From: Nitrospinota bacterium
GTDB lineage: Bacteria > Nitrospinota > Nitrospinia > Nitrospinales > VA-1
Length of the DNA stretch: 64,000 bases
NCBI GenBank assembly: GCA_027619975.1
Contig: JAQCGX010000012.1
Span: 6,845-70,844, forward strand
Reading direction: 5' to 3'
The notes beneath the pieces are model-generated. The model saw only the letters and a list, made by a program, of their open reading frames with translations, made no database searches and had not been told where the DNA came from. Below are positions 55,375 to 64,000 of this stretch, in pieces (within the stretch, counting starts at the first letter, position 1; each line of letters opens with the position of its first letter). A program made the position numbers and the translations under genes.

Positions 55375-56469
55375 TCACCTTTGTCGGACAGGAAGAAATA
55401 CCTGTACGGTGGTTCCTAAGCCTTCTTCGGACGTGATTTTGATCTTGCCGCCATGATTCTCAACGATTTTAAGGGAAATGGGCAGTCCCAGTCCACTGCC
55501 CTTATTTTTTGTGGTGAACAGGGGAGTGAACAGGTTTTTCATCGTGGCCGCGTTGATTCCCGTTCCCGAATCGATGATTTCCACCACGATACTTTGCCCG
55601 GCGGCGGAACAGGATTCGGTCTTTATTGAGTAGCCGGTGCTGACATGGGTCATTAACTGGATTCTGCCTTTACTCGATGAGGCTTCAACGGCGTTTTGGA
55701 TCAGGTTGTAAAAGACCTGTTTCAACTGGTCTTCATCGGCGTTAATGAGCGGCAGGCTGGGGTCGTAAACCTGCTCCAGCCGGAGTTGTTTTTCGGCGAC
55801 GGATTCTCGCTCGACCAGAAGAATGTCATTTAAAACTTTATGGATGTTGATTTCACTTAGTTTCAACTCCTTGGGCCGGGTGAAATTCATCATCCGTGCG
55901 ATCAACCGATTGATCCGGTCCACCTCGGAAATAACCACATCGAGATATTCCTGTTGTTCCGGGTTTTCCAGTTCCTGTTGCAACAATTGCGCGGACGCTC
56001 GAATGCCTCCCAGAGGATTCCTGATTTCATGCGCCATGCCCAGGGCCAGAAACTCAATATTGGTGAGATGGTCGCGGTTGTGGGAGAACTGCTCCAGTTC
56101 CTTCAGGAGGCTCATATCCTTGACCAAAAGGAGGGCCGCCTGAGCCCGCCCTTGTTCGTCGAAAAACGGGGAGAGGGTCAAGCTGGCGGGAAATGAGTTC
56201 ACAGGGCTCCTTTGGAATCCCTGGCACTCCACATCGCGGTAGGAAGCTCCCGTGGTCAGTACCTGCTGTATTTTTTCCAGCAGCTCTGGCTGGTCTGGAA
56301 AAAGTTGGGAACAGGGTTGACCTTCAAAGGACTCCCTGGAGCGGCGGAACATTTCTTCAACGGCTGGATTGCTTTTCAGGATCGTCAGATCCCCGGAGAT
56401 CAGGAGAATGCCATCGATAAGAGAAGAGAATATATTTTGAAACAAACTGTCTCCCTGGGCGGAGGCCAA
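55375..56469 (-). CDS. PAS-domain sensor histidine kinase (NtrB-like, cytoplasmic)
   Basis: 364 aa. H-box AHEIRNPLGGIRA, N-box FYNLIQNAVEA, G-boxes DSGTGI and GSGLGLPIS. Confidence 0.85.
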   Translation of the reverse strand: MASAQGDSLFQNIFSSLIDGILLISGDLTILKSNPAVEEMFRRSRESFEGQPCSQLFPDQPELLEKIQQVLTTGASYRDVECQGFQRSPVNSFPASLTLSPFFDEQGRAQAALLLVKDMSLLKELEQFSHNRDHLTNIEFLALGMAHEIRNPLGGIRASAQLLQQELENPEQQEYLDVVISEVDRINRLIARMMNFTRPKELKLSEINIHKVLNDILLVERESVAEKQLRLEQVYDPSLPLINADEDQLKQVFYNLIQNAVEASSSKGRIQLMTHVSTGYSIKTESCSAAGQSIVVEIIDSGTGINAATMKNLFTPLFTTKNKGSGLGLPISLKIVENHGGKIKITSEEGLGTTVQVFLPVRQR

Positions 56470-56471
56470 AA

Positions 56472-56867
56472 TTACTTTGAGGTTTTAGTTTTTTTTGGTT
56501 TTCGCCCCCCTGCATAAGGGCTTTTCGCGGTGGACTTTTTAGCAACTGGCTTGGCGGCAGGCTCGGCGGGCTTGGAGGGTTTAGCCTCCGGCTTTTGAGG
56601 GGCACTCTCCGCTTTTGCGGCAGGGGCTTCTGTCGTGCCGGGTGTAGCCGGTGAGTCTTTATCCCAACCCTGTTTTCGGGAGTCCGAAGGGTAGTCGTTC
56701 ACATACCAGCCGGACCCTTTCAAGATGAATCCAGAAACTGAAACCAGCCGTTTAACTTTGCCGTCACAGCCATTCTCTCCATGTTTTTTCAGGGGTTTGG
56801 CAGATATGGGCTGAATTATCTCAAATGTTGTACGGCATTTTTCACATTCATATTCGTAAATAGGCAT
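56472..56867 (-). CDS. FmdB-family zinc-ribbon protein with a basic Pro/Ala/Lys-rich tail
   Basis: 131 aa. MPIYEYECEKCRTTFEI...CDGKVKRLVS is the CxxC...C zinc-ribbon signature. The C-terminal half is low-complexity PAAKP/KKTK. Confidence 0.75.
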   Translation of the reverse strand: MPIYEYECEKCRTTFEIIQPISAKPLKKHGENGCDGKVKRLVSVSGFILKGSGWYVNDYPSDSRKQGWDKDSPATPGTTEAPAAKAESAPQKPEAKPSKPAEPAAKPVAKKSTAKSPYAGGRKPKKTKTSK

Positions 56868-56993
56868 CGATTGCTGACTCCTTGGCAGCGGCTTTAATAA
56901 ATTATTCTATAGTACAGGATAAAATTCAAACGATGAAATAGCAAGATTTCCGCTGATCTTTGCTGAAAAAAATCAATGATTTGAAAGGAAGGG

Positions 56994-57917
56994 TCAAACC
57001 TCTGTCAGCCATTTATCGAATTTCGGGTTTTCGCCGCGAACGATGTCAAAAAACGTTTTTTGAATCCGGTCGGTAACGTCCCCTTTTTTCCCCGACCCGA
57101 TAACCCGGTTATCCACTTCCCGGACCGGAGTGATTTCCGCCGCAGTCCCTGTAAGAAAAATTTCATCGGCGATGTACAGCTCATCCCGGGTGATGCACCG
57201 CTCCTTCAAAGGAATATTCATATCTTTGCAGATTTCAATCACTGCATCGCGGGTGATTCCGTCCAGGTTGGAACAGGAGAGGGAAGGCGTGCTGAGGGTC
57301 CCTTTATGAAGCAGGAATATATTTTCTCCCGAACCTTCAGCGACGAATCCGTTGGTGTCCAGGAGGATCGCCTCGTCATAACCGTCCTGAACCGCTTCCG
57401 CCTTGGCCATGATGGAATTGATGTAATAGCCGCAGGCCTTGGCTTTGGTCATGCTGATATTGACATGGTGCCTGTTAAATGAGGAGATACGCACCCGAAT
57501 CCCCTTATTGAGGCCATCCTCGCCGAGATAAGCGCCCCAGGGCCAGGCGGCTACGGCGACCCTTACATCGACCCCTCTTGGGTTCAATCCCATTTTATTG
57601 TCTCCCAGGAAGACAATGGGACGGATATAGCATTCATCCAGCCGGTTCTTCCTCACCACATCCAGGATCGTATTAAAAATATCCTCTTTCGTATAGGGGA
57701 TTTGGATTCCTAAAATAGTTGCGGAATTGAACAGACGGTCGACATGCTCTTGAAGCCGGAAAATGACCGATTTTTTCTTGTTCGTCTGATAACAGCGAAT
57801 CCCCTCAAAGACTCCAAACCCGTAATGCAGGGTGTGGGTCAGGACATGAACATTGGCTTCGTGCCAGGGGACCAGTTTGCCATCCAGCCAGATTATTTCA
57901 GATTTTTCCAATGTCAA
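56994..57917 (-). CDS. ilvE: Branched-chain amino acid aminotransferase
   Basis: 307 aa. Contains [27 protein letters not shown] and [14 protein letters not shown] start. Confidence 0.88.
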   Translation of the reverse strand: MTLEKSEIIWLDGKLVPWHEANVHVLTHTLHYGFGVFEGIRCYQTNKKKSVIFRLQEHVDRLFNSATILGIQIPYTKEDIFNTILDVVRKNRLDECYIRPIVFLGDNKMGLNPRGVDVRVAVAAWPWGAYLGEDGLNKGIRVRISSFNRHHVNISMTKAKACGYYINSIMAKAEAVQDGYDEAILLDTNGFVAEGSGENIFLLHKGTLSTPSLSCSNLDGITRDAVIEICKDMNIPLKERCITRDELYIADEIFLTGTAAEITPVREVDNRVIGSGKKGDVTDRIQKTFFDIVRGENPKFDKWLTEV

Positions 57918-57951
57918 ACCTCAAAGGAAGCAGTTAATGAAGTAAATTTAG

Positions 57952-57980
57952 ATATTATGGACCCTTTACAATAAAATCAA
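57952..57980 (-). promoter_or_regulatory. Sigma70-type promoter candidate for ilvE (TTGATT, 17 nt, then TAATAT)
   Basis: Minus strand: ttgatt (57980-57975), a 17-nt spacer, then taatat (57957-57952). Confidence 0.3.
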
Positions 57981-58037
57981 GGCAAATAAATTCATTGACA
58001 TGGTAATATAGGTTTGTTAGTTTTCACCTTCCATTGC

Positions 58038-58110
58038 GGGCCGCTAGCTCAGTTGGTAGAGCACTTGACTTTTAATCAAGTGGTCGAAGGTTCGATCCCT
58101 TCGCGGCTCA
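58038..58110 (+). tRNA. tRNA-Lys (anticodon TTT)
   Basis: Acceptor stem gggccgc/gcggctc with one G-U pair. D-arm tagctcagttggtagagc. Anticodon stem cttga/tcaag with loop ctTTTaa. T-arm gaagg-ttcgatc-ccttc. CCA is not encoded. Confidence 0.9.
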
Positions 58111-58137
58111 CTTTTTTTTGACAAAGGATATCAGAGC

Positions 58138-58215
58138 GTCCCCATCGTCTAGCCTGGCCCAGGACACCGGCCTTTCACGCCGGCGACGCGGGTTCGAATC
58201 CCGCTGGGGACGCCA
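58138..58215 (+). tRNA. tRNA-Glu (anticodon TTC), CCA encoded
   Basis: Acceptor stem gtcccca/tggggac. Anticodon stem ccggc/gccgg with loop ctTTCac. T-arm gcggg-ttcgaat-cccgc. Discriminator g followed by cca. Confidence 0.9.
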
Positions 58216-58234
58216 ATTTCCCGAAGTTAGTTTT

Positions 58235-58741
58235 ATGGTTTCCCCCATCTTGATAATCCAGTTATTGGGCTTGGCAATTTGGTTGTTCCTTTCTGCTCCC
58301 GTTTTCGCGCAAGCCGTTCCTGGAGATTCCCACTCAAAGCCAACCGGCTCCCTTTCCATCGACACCCCTGATAGCCTGCAAAAAAATTCTTTGACTCCAA
58401 AAATAAGTCAGGGATTAATGAATATTTACAAGGCTTATAAAGTTCACGAGCAGGAAGGTTCAGGAAATTCGGCACAGGCGGAAACTCCGGGGCAGTCAAC
58501 GCTTCAAATTTCCGACGGATTTGTGGTCATAGACGCAATCGCATCTAAAAATGCAGGGACCCTGAAAACGGACCTGGAGGCCCTGGGTTTGAAAAAATCC
58601 GCACTATCTGGTCGTGTGGTTTCCGGCTTGTTCCCCATTTCTGAAATCCCAAAACTGTCTGCCTTGAAGAGTCTGAAATCCGTCCGGGCTTCTTTGGCGA
58701 AAACGCATAATATCCCAGGTTCAACGAAAGGCACCCGCTAG
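58235..58741 (+). CDS. Secreted protein paralogous to the N-terminal (pro-domain-like) region of the adjacent peptidase
   Basis: I trimmed the ORF to the ATG at 58235 to clear tRNA-Glu. Signal peptide ...SAPVFAQA. LQISDGFVVIDAIASKNAGTLKTDLEALGLKKSALSGRVVSGLFPISEI aligns with IRVSDSYVAIDAIAIDDPEALKKELESLGLKSAAVFGKVVSGLFPMSAI of the next gene. Confidence 0.6.
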   Translation: MVSPILIIQLLGLAIWLFLSAPVFAQAVPGDSHSKPTGSLSIDTPDSLQKNSLTPKISQGLMNIYKAYKVHEQEGSGNSAQAETPGQSTLQISDGFVVIDAIASKNAGTLKTDLEALGLKKSALSGRVVSGLFPISEIPKLSALKSLKSVRASLAKTHNIPGSTKGTR

Positions 58742-59019
58742 GGTTCCTAATAGAATATTGCTTTTCTGCCAAAACCCTCAACCTGGCAGAATAATAAGAC
58801 TAAAGCCTGAACAATTTATTTACGTAAAGTACATGTGTAATAGCGTAATGTGCTTTGAGTATGATTTTTGGGTTGAGGATTATCGACATCTGAAAATCTT
58901 AATAGACGAATCAATAGATCTCTTTGTCTTTTTCAAGAATTCCTGCTTTAGAGCGGTTTTTTTAACGAATGAATAATTTTATTTTCCTGCCCCACTCCCT
59001 CTTGGAAAAAGGACCCATA

Positions 59020-60009
59020 ATGAAAGTCTCCAGAAATTCATCAATCAGACGGATCGCAGGTATTTTTGCTCTATCCCTACTGCTTGCGTCTCCTGTCTCG
59101 GTGCAGGCGGATGCAGGCGGAATCAAAAATCGTCCTTTGGCCCAGTTGAAAATAGAGGCGCAAAATGAGAAATCAAAACCGTCCGTAAGGTCAAGGTTTG
59201 GAAGGCATTTGAAAAGGCTTTCCGATGACTATCAATCCTTTGAAAAGAGTGGGCAGTCCAAGGGAAAAGGTAAGTTTAAAGCACATAGTCATTCGATCCG
59301 GGTTTCAGACAGTTATGTTGCGATCGACGCCATTGCCATAGACGATCCAGAGGCGTTAAAAAAAGAGCTGGAGAGCCTGGGCCTGAAGTCTGCGGCGGTG
59401 TTCGGGAAGGTTGTCTCGGGGCTGTTTCCGATGTCAGCGATTGATAAAATGGATCAGAGCAGTCACCTGAATTTTGCGCGACCGGCGATGGCGGTTAACA
59501 ACGTGGGCGCCGTGACCAGCCAAGGGGATGCCGCTATAAAAGCCGATATTGCCCGTCAAGCATTCAGCGTGGATGGAGCGGGTGTGACGGTGGGCGTTCT
59601 TTCGGACAGTTATGACTGTCTCGGTGGAGCCGCAGGCGATATCGCATCCGGCGATCTTCCCGCCTTAGGAGTGAACGTGTTGGACGACTCTGCGTGTCCA
59701 GGAACTGACGAAGGCCGGGCCATGTTGCAAATCGTTCATGATGTTGCGCCCGGTGCTTCCCTGGCCTTCAATACAGCATTTTTAGGCACGGCTAATTTTG
59801 CTCAAGGCATTGTCAATCTTGCCAATTCCGGCTCTAAAGTCATTGTGGATGATGTTATTTATTTTGCGGAGCCCATGTTCCAGGACGGCATCATTGCCCA
59901 GGCCGTCGATACGGTAAAAGGAAATGGTGTGGCTTATTTTCCTCCGCCGGCAATCAATCTCGAAAAAGTTATGAAGACGATTTTCGTGGCGGACAATTTA
60001 TTACAATAG
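59020..60009 (+). pseudogene. Subtilase-fold (S8-like) serine peptidase, 5' part up to a frameshift near 59940
   Basis: Signal peptide MKVSRNSSIRRIAGIFALSLLLASPVSVQA, then an N-terminal domain, then GAGVTVGVLSDSYDC and IVHDVAPGASL. After ...GNGVAYF the frame decays into PPPAINLEKV... and stops at 60009. Confidence 0.75.
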
Positions 60010-61931
60010 GCACAGAAAGCTTCGAAGCTCAGAATTTCAATCCTGGAGGGGCTCCGGATATTTTTCAGAAAGTTACTATTCCTCGAGGGGGAACGATTTT
60101 GTTGGCCTTGCAATGGGATTCTCCCGCCGCTTCCGCTGGTGGCCCTGGTTCACCGAATGATGTGGATGTCTATCTGACGGATGATCCGCCAACCCGGGTT
60201 CTTGCTTCCAGTACCGACTCAAACATTGGTTTGGACCCTGTGGAAGTTATATCCTTCCAAAATAATAGCCGTCGAACAACGAAATTTAATCTTTTGATCG
60301 TAAATGCCGGAGGAGCGAATCCTGGGAAAATCAAATATGTCAGGTTCGGACACTCCACCCTGGACGAATACGACACCAAAAGTTCCACCTCCTACGGACA
60401 TGCAAACGCTGTAGGGGCGGAAGCCGTGGGAGCCGCGTACTGGCAGGATACTCCCGCTTTCGGAACCAACCCTCCTCAGCTGGAATCATTTTCTTCTGTG
60501 GGTGGGACACCCATATTGTTTGACGTTTCCGGGAATCGACTGTCGTCCCCTGAAATTCGTTTCAAACCCAATGTCGTGGGGCCTGACGGGGGAAGCACGA
60601 CTTTTTTCTATAGCTCTGACAGCGATGGCGACGGGTTTCGGGATTTTTTTGGAACCTCCGCATCCGCGCCCCATGTTGCGGGAGTTGCGGCTCTGATGCT
60701 TGAGGCAAATCCCGGTTTGTTACCGTTGGATATTTTTTCGGCGATGGAAGCCACGGCAGTCGATATGGATGACCCCGGCACTCCCGGGTTTGATACCGGA
60801 GTTGATTTTGCAACAGGGTACGGATTGGTTCAGGCGGATGCGGCCATTGCGGGGATTTCCGCGCCTGAGTGTAATGTTCATGCCGATCCACTGGCTTTGA
60901 ATTTTGGAAGCCAGAATGTCGGCACGTCTCAATCGCTGGCTGTTAACCTCAGCAACTCGGGGAGAGCGAATTGTAATGTGACGGCAATATCTTTAACCGG
61001 GAGTGGTGATTTTCAATTTGCACCGACGCCACCAGTAACACCGTTAATTTTGACGCCGGGGGATTCACTCGCAATTGCTGTGGAATACACACCTTCCGGG
61101 GAAGGCCCGGATAGTGGGACTCTCACCATCAACAGCGATGATCCTGACCAGGGAACCCTTCCCGTCAGCCTCAACGGTTCTGGAGTGATCGTAAGAACTG
61201 CGGACCTTTCAATTGTCAAAACGGATTCTGCCGATCCGGTGACGCAGGGCGATACCATCACCTACCAGATCACAGTAACCAATAATGGCCCGGACGATGC
61301 AACCGGAGTGATTATGCAAGACACGCTCCCTCCAGAGGTCACCCTGGTATCGACTCCTGGATGCGCCGTGTCGGGACAATTGGTGACCTGCAACCTGCCC
61401 AATTTGACTCTGGGAGCCCAGGCTATACTGGATATCGTGGTGACCGCCGATAGCGCTGGTGCAATAACCAATGAAGCATCGGTTTCTGGCAATGAAGTTG
61501 ATCCCGTTCCTGGCAACAACACAGTATTTGAAAGTACACAGGTAGATGCTGGCCCCGTGCCCTCAGTCGCCGATCTGAGTATTCGGAAAGATGCCAACCA
61601 AAGCCGGCCAAGAGTGGGTTCCACTTTGGGGTATACGATTACAGTGACAAATAATGGACCTGCGAATGCTACGGGAATCGTTATTGTCGACACGTTGCCT
61701 TCGTCGGTTAGTTTTGCAGGGTCTCAGGAATGTAGCTCTGACGGCGCTCCTGTCGGAGGCACCGTCACCTGTAACATTGATTCCATAGTGAACGGTGGCG
61801 CCAAAAGCGTGAGCATCAGCGTTAAGCTCAACAGTAAAGGTACAATTGAGAATCGCGTCACCGTTTCTGGTAACGAACAAGACCCTGATCTTTCCAATAA
61901 TCAGGCCACAAGAAGGACCAGGGTAAGATAA
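59940..61931 (+). pseudogene. Subtilase-fold serine peptidase, 3' part (catalytic Ser, choice-of-anchor-D-like domain and two DUF11-type repeats)
   Basis: The frame shifted by -1 is open from 59940 and reads SSAGNQSRKSYEDDF...FGTSASAPHVAGVAALM. It then carries two repeats of the type LSI.K......G.T..Y.ITVTNNGP..ATG. The ORF track lists only 60099-61931. Confidence 0.75.
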
Positions 61932-62135
61932 ATAAAGTTTTATACGCTGATTAGACTTCCTGGAATACTGGTTCAGAGTTCCAGCGAAGGCCATTGGGAA
62001 GCGAGGAATATTTCAACCCAAGGGAATCAAATTTGGCAAGGATGGCTTGCCACGTTTTCTGAAATATATCGCTCGATTATTTTAGAGGGGGGCAATTTGG
62101 CAGGTATACTTTGGCTCCAGATTAGTTAGACGGTT

Positions 62136-62372
62136 TCACCGCATATGCTTGGGCTTGATTTTAGCCATGTTTACATAAATCTGCTCGTTGCAGCGGGGGC
62201 AAATCCATCCTTCGCCGGAGAAAATCCAGAAATCGTCCTCAACCCAATCCCTTGCATCTTCCCTGGCAACGCAAAATTCACCAGATTGCACGCAAACATC
62301 TGATATTTTTATTTGGCAGGGAACCGCATACTTTCCTTCGCTGTTCTTTATAAAACTAATATCGTCCGTCAT
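62136..62372 (-). CDS. Small Cys-rich hypothetical protein (78 aa)
   Basis: The ATG is preceded by agagg. It has five Cys, including CPRC, so a zinc-ribbon-like fold is possible. Confidence 0.5.
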   Translation of the reverse strand: MTDDISFIKNSEGKYAVPCQIKISDVCVQSGEFCVAREDARDWVEDDFWIFSGEGWICPRCNEQIYVNMAKIKPKHMR

Positions 62373-62451
62373 TTGGAACCTCTAATTAATCCGATTAATA
62401 GGCGGGATTTAAATTATTTTTTGCTTGTCCATGATTAGACACTAGAAAATA

Positions 62452-62973
62452 CTAAATGGATTCTTCGGGGGGGAGCAGATCTTCCAGAAAAAAAGCCGCC
62501 AATTCGGAACGACTGGCCAGGCCGGTTTTTTGATAAATCGACTGCGATTGTTGCTGGACGGTTTTTATTTTGGTTTGGCGAATGTCGGCTATTTCTTTCA
62601 GAGAAAATCCTTTCAATAGCAAAAATCCGACCTCCGTCTCCGCTTGTGTCAACTTCCAGTGGGAAAATTGTTTTTCAATTTTGACGGAAAGTCCTGCCAG
62701 TAATTGATGAGTTTCGCCTTTCCATTGTTCTTTCTTTTGATGAAGTGATTCTACGTTTACCTGTAAGGCCAAAATTTCCCTCTTGGCCAGAAACAACCGT
62801 TTTAGCCCAACAACAAAAAAGGTTCCGCTGATGGCTAAAAGGATTCCTTCCAGAAGGAGGTGCGCTCCGGAACCTCCATCCCCGTAATCGGTGATGAGGT
62901 CCAACCCCACCAGAACGACAAACGCTCCCGACAATATCAGAACGACTGTATTGACCTCCCGGACATCCTCCAT
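62452..62973 (-). CDS. Membrane-anchored LuxR-family HTH protein
   Basis: 173 aa with two N-terminal hydrophobic helices. The C-terminal LTQAETEVGFLLLKGFSLKEIADIRQTKIKTVQQQSQSIYQKTG is a LuxR/GerE-type HTH. Confidence 0.7.
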   Translation of the reverse strand: MEDVREVNTVVLILSGAFVVLVGLDLITDYGDGGSGAHLLLEGILLAISGTFFVVGLKRLFLAKREILALQVNVESLHQKKEQWKGETHQLLAGLSVKIEKQFSHWKLTQAETEVGFLLLKGFSLKEIADIRQTKIKTVQQQSQSIYQKTGLASRSELAAFFLEDLLPPEESI

Positions 62974-63100
62974 TTGACCTATGCCTCTTGTAACTAGCTG
63001 AAATATAATACATATTTAATGGTCCATAGTCCGGATGGAACATTTTGGCCTGACCCCCGAAACTAGTGACAATTAATAAATAATCGTCAAGGAGGTTATC

Positions 63101-63646
63101 ATGTTTGATTTGCCATTGCATCCCATCGCCGTTCATTTCCCAATCGTTTTAGGCTTCGCCTTGCCTTTCACCGCACTTCTCATCTGGTGGGCTATCAGGA
63201 AGGAATATGTGCCCCAGAAAGCCTGGATTTTAGTTACCATCATCGCTTTTGTTTATTGCGCTTCGGCTGTTGTGGCCAGTGAGCTGGGCGAGGACGATGA
63301 GGAAAAGGTGGAGAAAGTGGTCGCCGAAAAGTTGATCGAAGAGCACGAAGAGGCGGCGGAGATGATTCCCTGGATTGCGGGAACCTTGTTCCTCGTTTCT
63401 CTGGCAGGTCTGGTAACGAAAAACTCGGATCGTGCTCGTCTCGGCATCGCCGTTGTGAGTCTGGCCGCGATTATCCCTTTGGCCAATGCCGGGCATACAG
63501 GAGGTGAGTTGGTGTACAAATACGGGGCGGCTAACGCTCATTTGACTGGAGAGACTAAGGCATTGGTAGAATCGGGTAAATTTTATATGCAAAATCTGGA
63601 AGAGGAAAAACATGAGAAAGAAGGTGGAAAAAAGCATGATGATTAG
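63101..63646 (+). CDS. DUF2231-like membrane protein
   Basis: 181 aa. Begins MFDLPLHPIAVHFPIVLGFALPF, has further transmembrane helices and contains GHTGGELVY. aggagg is at SD distance from the start. Confidence 0.6.
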   Translation: MFDLPLHPIAVHFPIVLGFALPFTALLIWWAIRKEYVPQKAWILVTIIAFVYCASAVVASELGEDDEEKVEKVVAEKLIEEHEEAAEMIPWIAGTLFLVSLAGLVTKNSDRARLGIAVVSLAAIIPLANAGHTGGELVYKYGAANAHLTGETKALVESGKFYMQNLEEEKHEKEGGKKHDD

Positions 63647-63807
63647 AATTTTTAATCCCGGTGAACGCTTTAATATTTTTTCTCCATTAAGGTAAAGATA
63701 TTGTTTTCATGTCAACTTCTGCCGTAACATGTTAAAAAACGCACTGGAAATATTTTTTTAATTAAAATATGTTGGTATCGAGTTCAACTTAAATCAGGTC
63801 ATTGAGA

Positions 63808-64000
63808 ATGATTCCGAATCAGGAATACGATCAAACCCGAGTGGAATTTGAGGACGAATGGTCGAGAAGCAAGATTGAAGACCTGCTCCAGACCAACCAT
63901 TACAAGCGAGCCCGTGAAGAGCGTCGCTTGTATGAGCAGTACCTGCCTAAAGATCAATTGATTCTGGAAGCGGGCTGTGGTTTGGGGCCGAAGGTGTTTT
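63808..64000 (+). CDS. Class I SAM-dependent methyltransferase (5' fragment, runs off the window)
   Basis: My translation is MIPNQEYDQTRVEFEDEWSRSKIEDLLQTNHYKRAREERRLYEQYLPKDQLILEAGCGLGPKVF. It ends in SAM motif I (LEAGCGLG). Confidence 0.55.
   Translation, partial: MIPNQEYDQTRVEFEDEWSRSKIEDLLQTNHYKRAREERRLYEQYLPKDQLILEAGCGLGPKVF

Noticed and set aside
58118-58234. The N-terminal 39 codons of the 207-aa ORF
   Set aside because: This part overlaps tRNA-Glu (58138-58215) on the same strand. The internal ATG at 58235 is followed immediately by a typical signal peptide.

Overview
This is a 64-kb chromosomal segment from a diderm (Gram-negative-type) bacterium. By eye it is about 50% GC and densely coding on both strands. 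I did not try to assign a taxon. Most of the content is housekeeping or regulatory.

Housekeeping and regulatory content:
- A sugar-modification cluster at the left edge: radical SAM, WbqC and RfbB.
- elbB and nadE.
- A pstSCAB phosphate transporter.
- A gnd-zwf-pgl oxidative pentose-phosphate operon.
- ilvE.
- A large hybrid sensor kinase and an NtrB/NtrC-like sigma54 two-component pair.
- Three tRNAs: Leu-TAG, Lys-TTT and Glu-TTC.
- Many TPR/Sel1 repeat proteins.

Items worth a second look:
1. A tpsB-tpsA two-partner secretion operon. The roughly 1,614-codon exoprotein gene is cut by one in-frame TAA inside the TPS domain. A perfect sigma54 promoter lies about 300 nt upstream of tpsB.
2. A minus-strand operon of ECF sigma, soluble ZAS anti-sigma, ArsM-like methyltransferase and membrane-anchored sulfite-oxidase-family Mo enzyme. 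It is divergent from an ArsR that lacks the CVC site but has a C-terminal Cys-Cys. I rate this the best candidate for an undescribed metalloid/thiol-stress module.
3. A single 1,044-codon ORF that fuses MiaA, through a hydrophobic segment, to an Slt70-like lytic transglycosylase.
4. A subtilase-fold peptidase broken by a 1-nt frameshift in a T-run, next to a stand-alone paralog of its own N-terminal domain.
5. A MITE-like element with perfect 17-bp terminal inverted repeats, plus a second rearranged copy.
6. A short AT-rich island carrying a truncated-looking gene.

I saw no CRISPR array, rRNA, transposase, integrase or recognisable phage or defence genes. All functional calls rest on motif and family recognition by eye, because no searches could be run.
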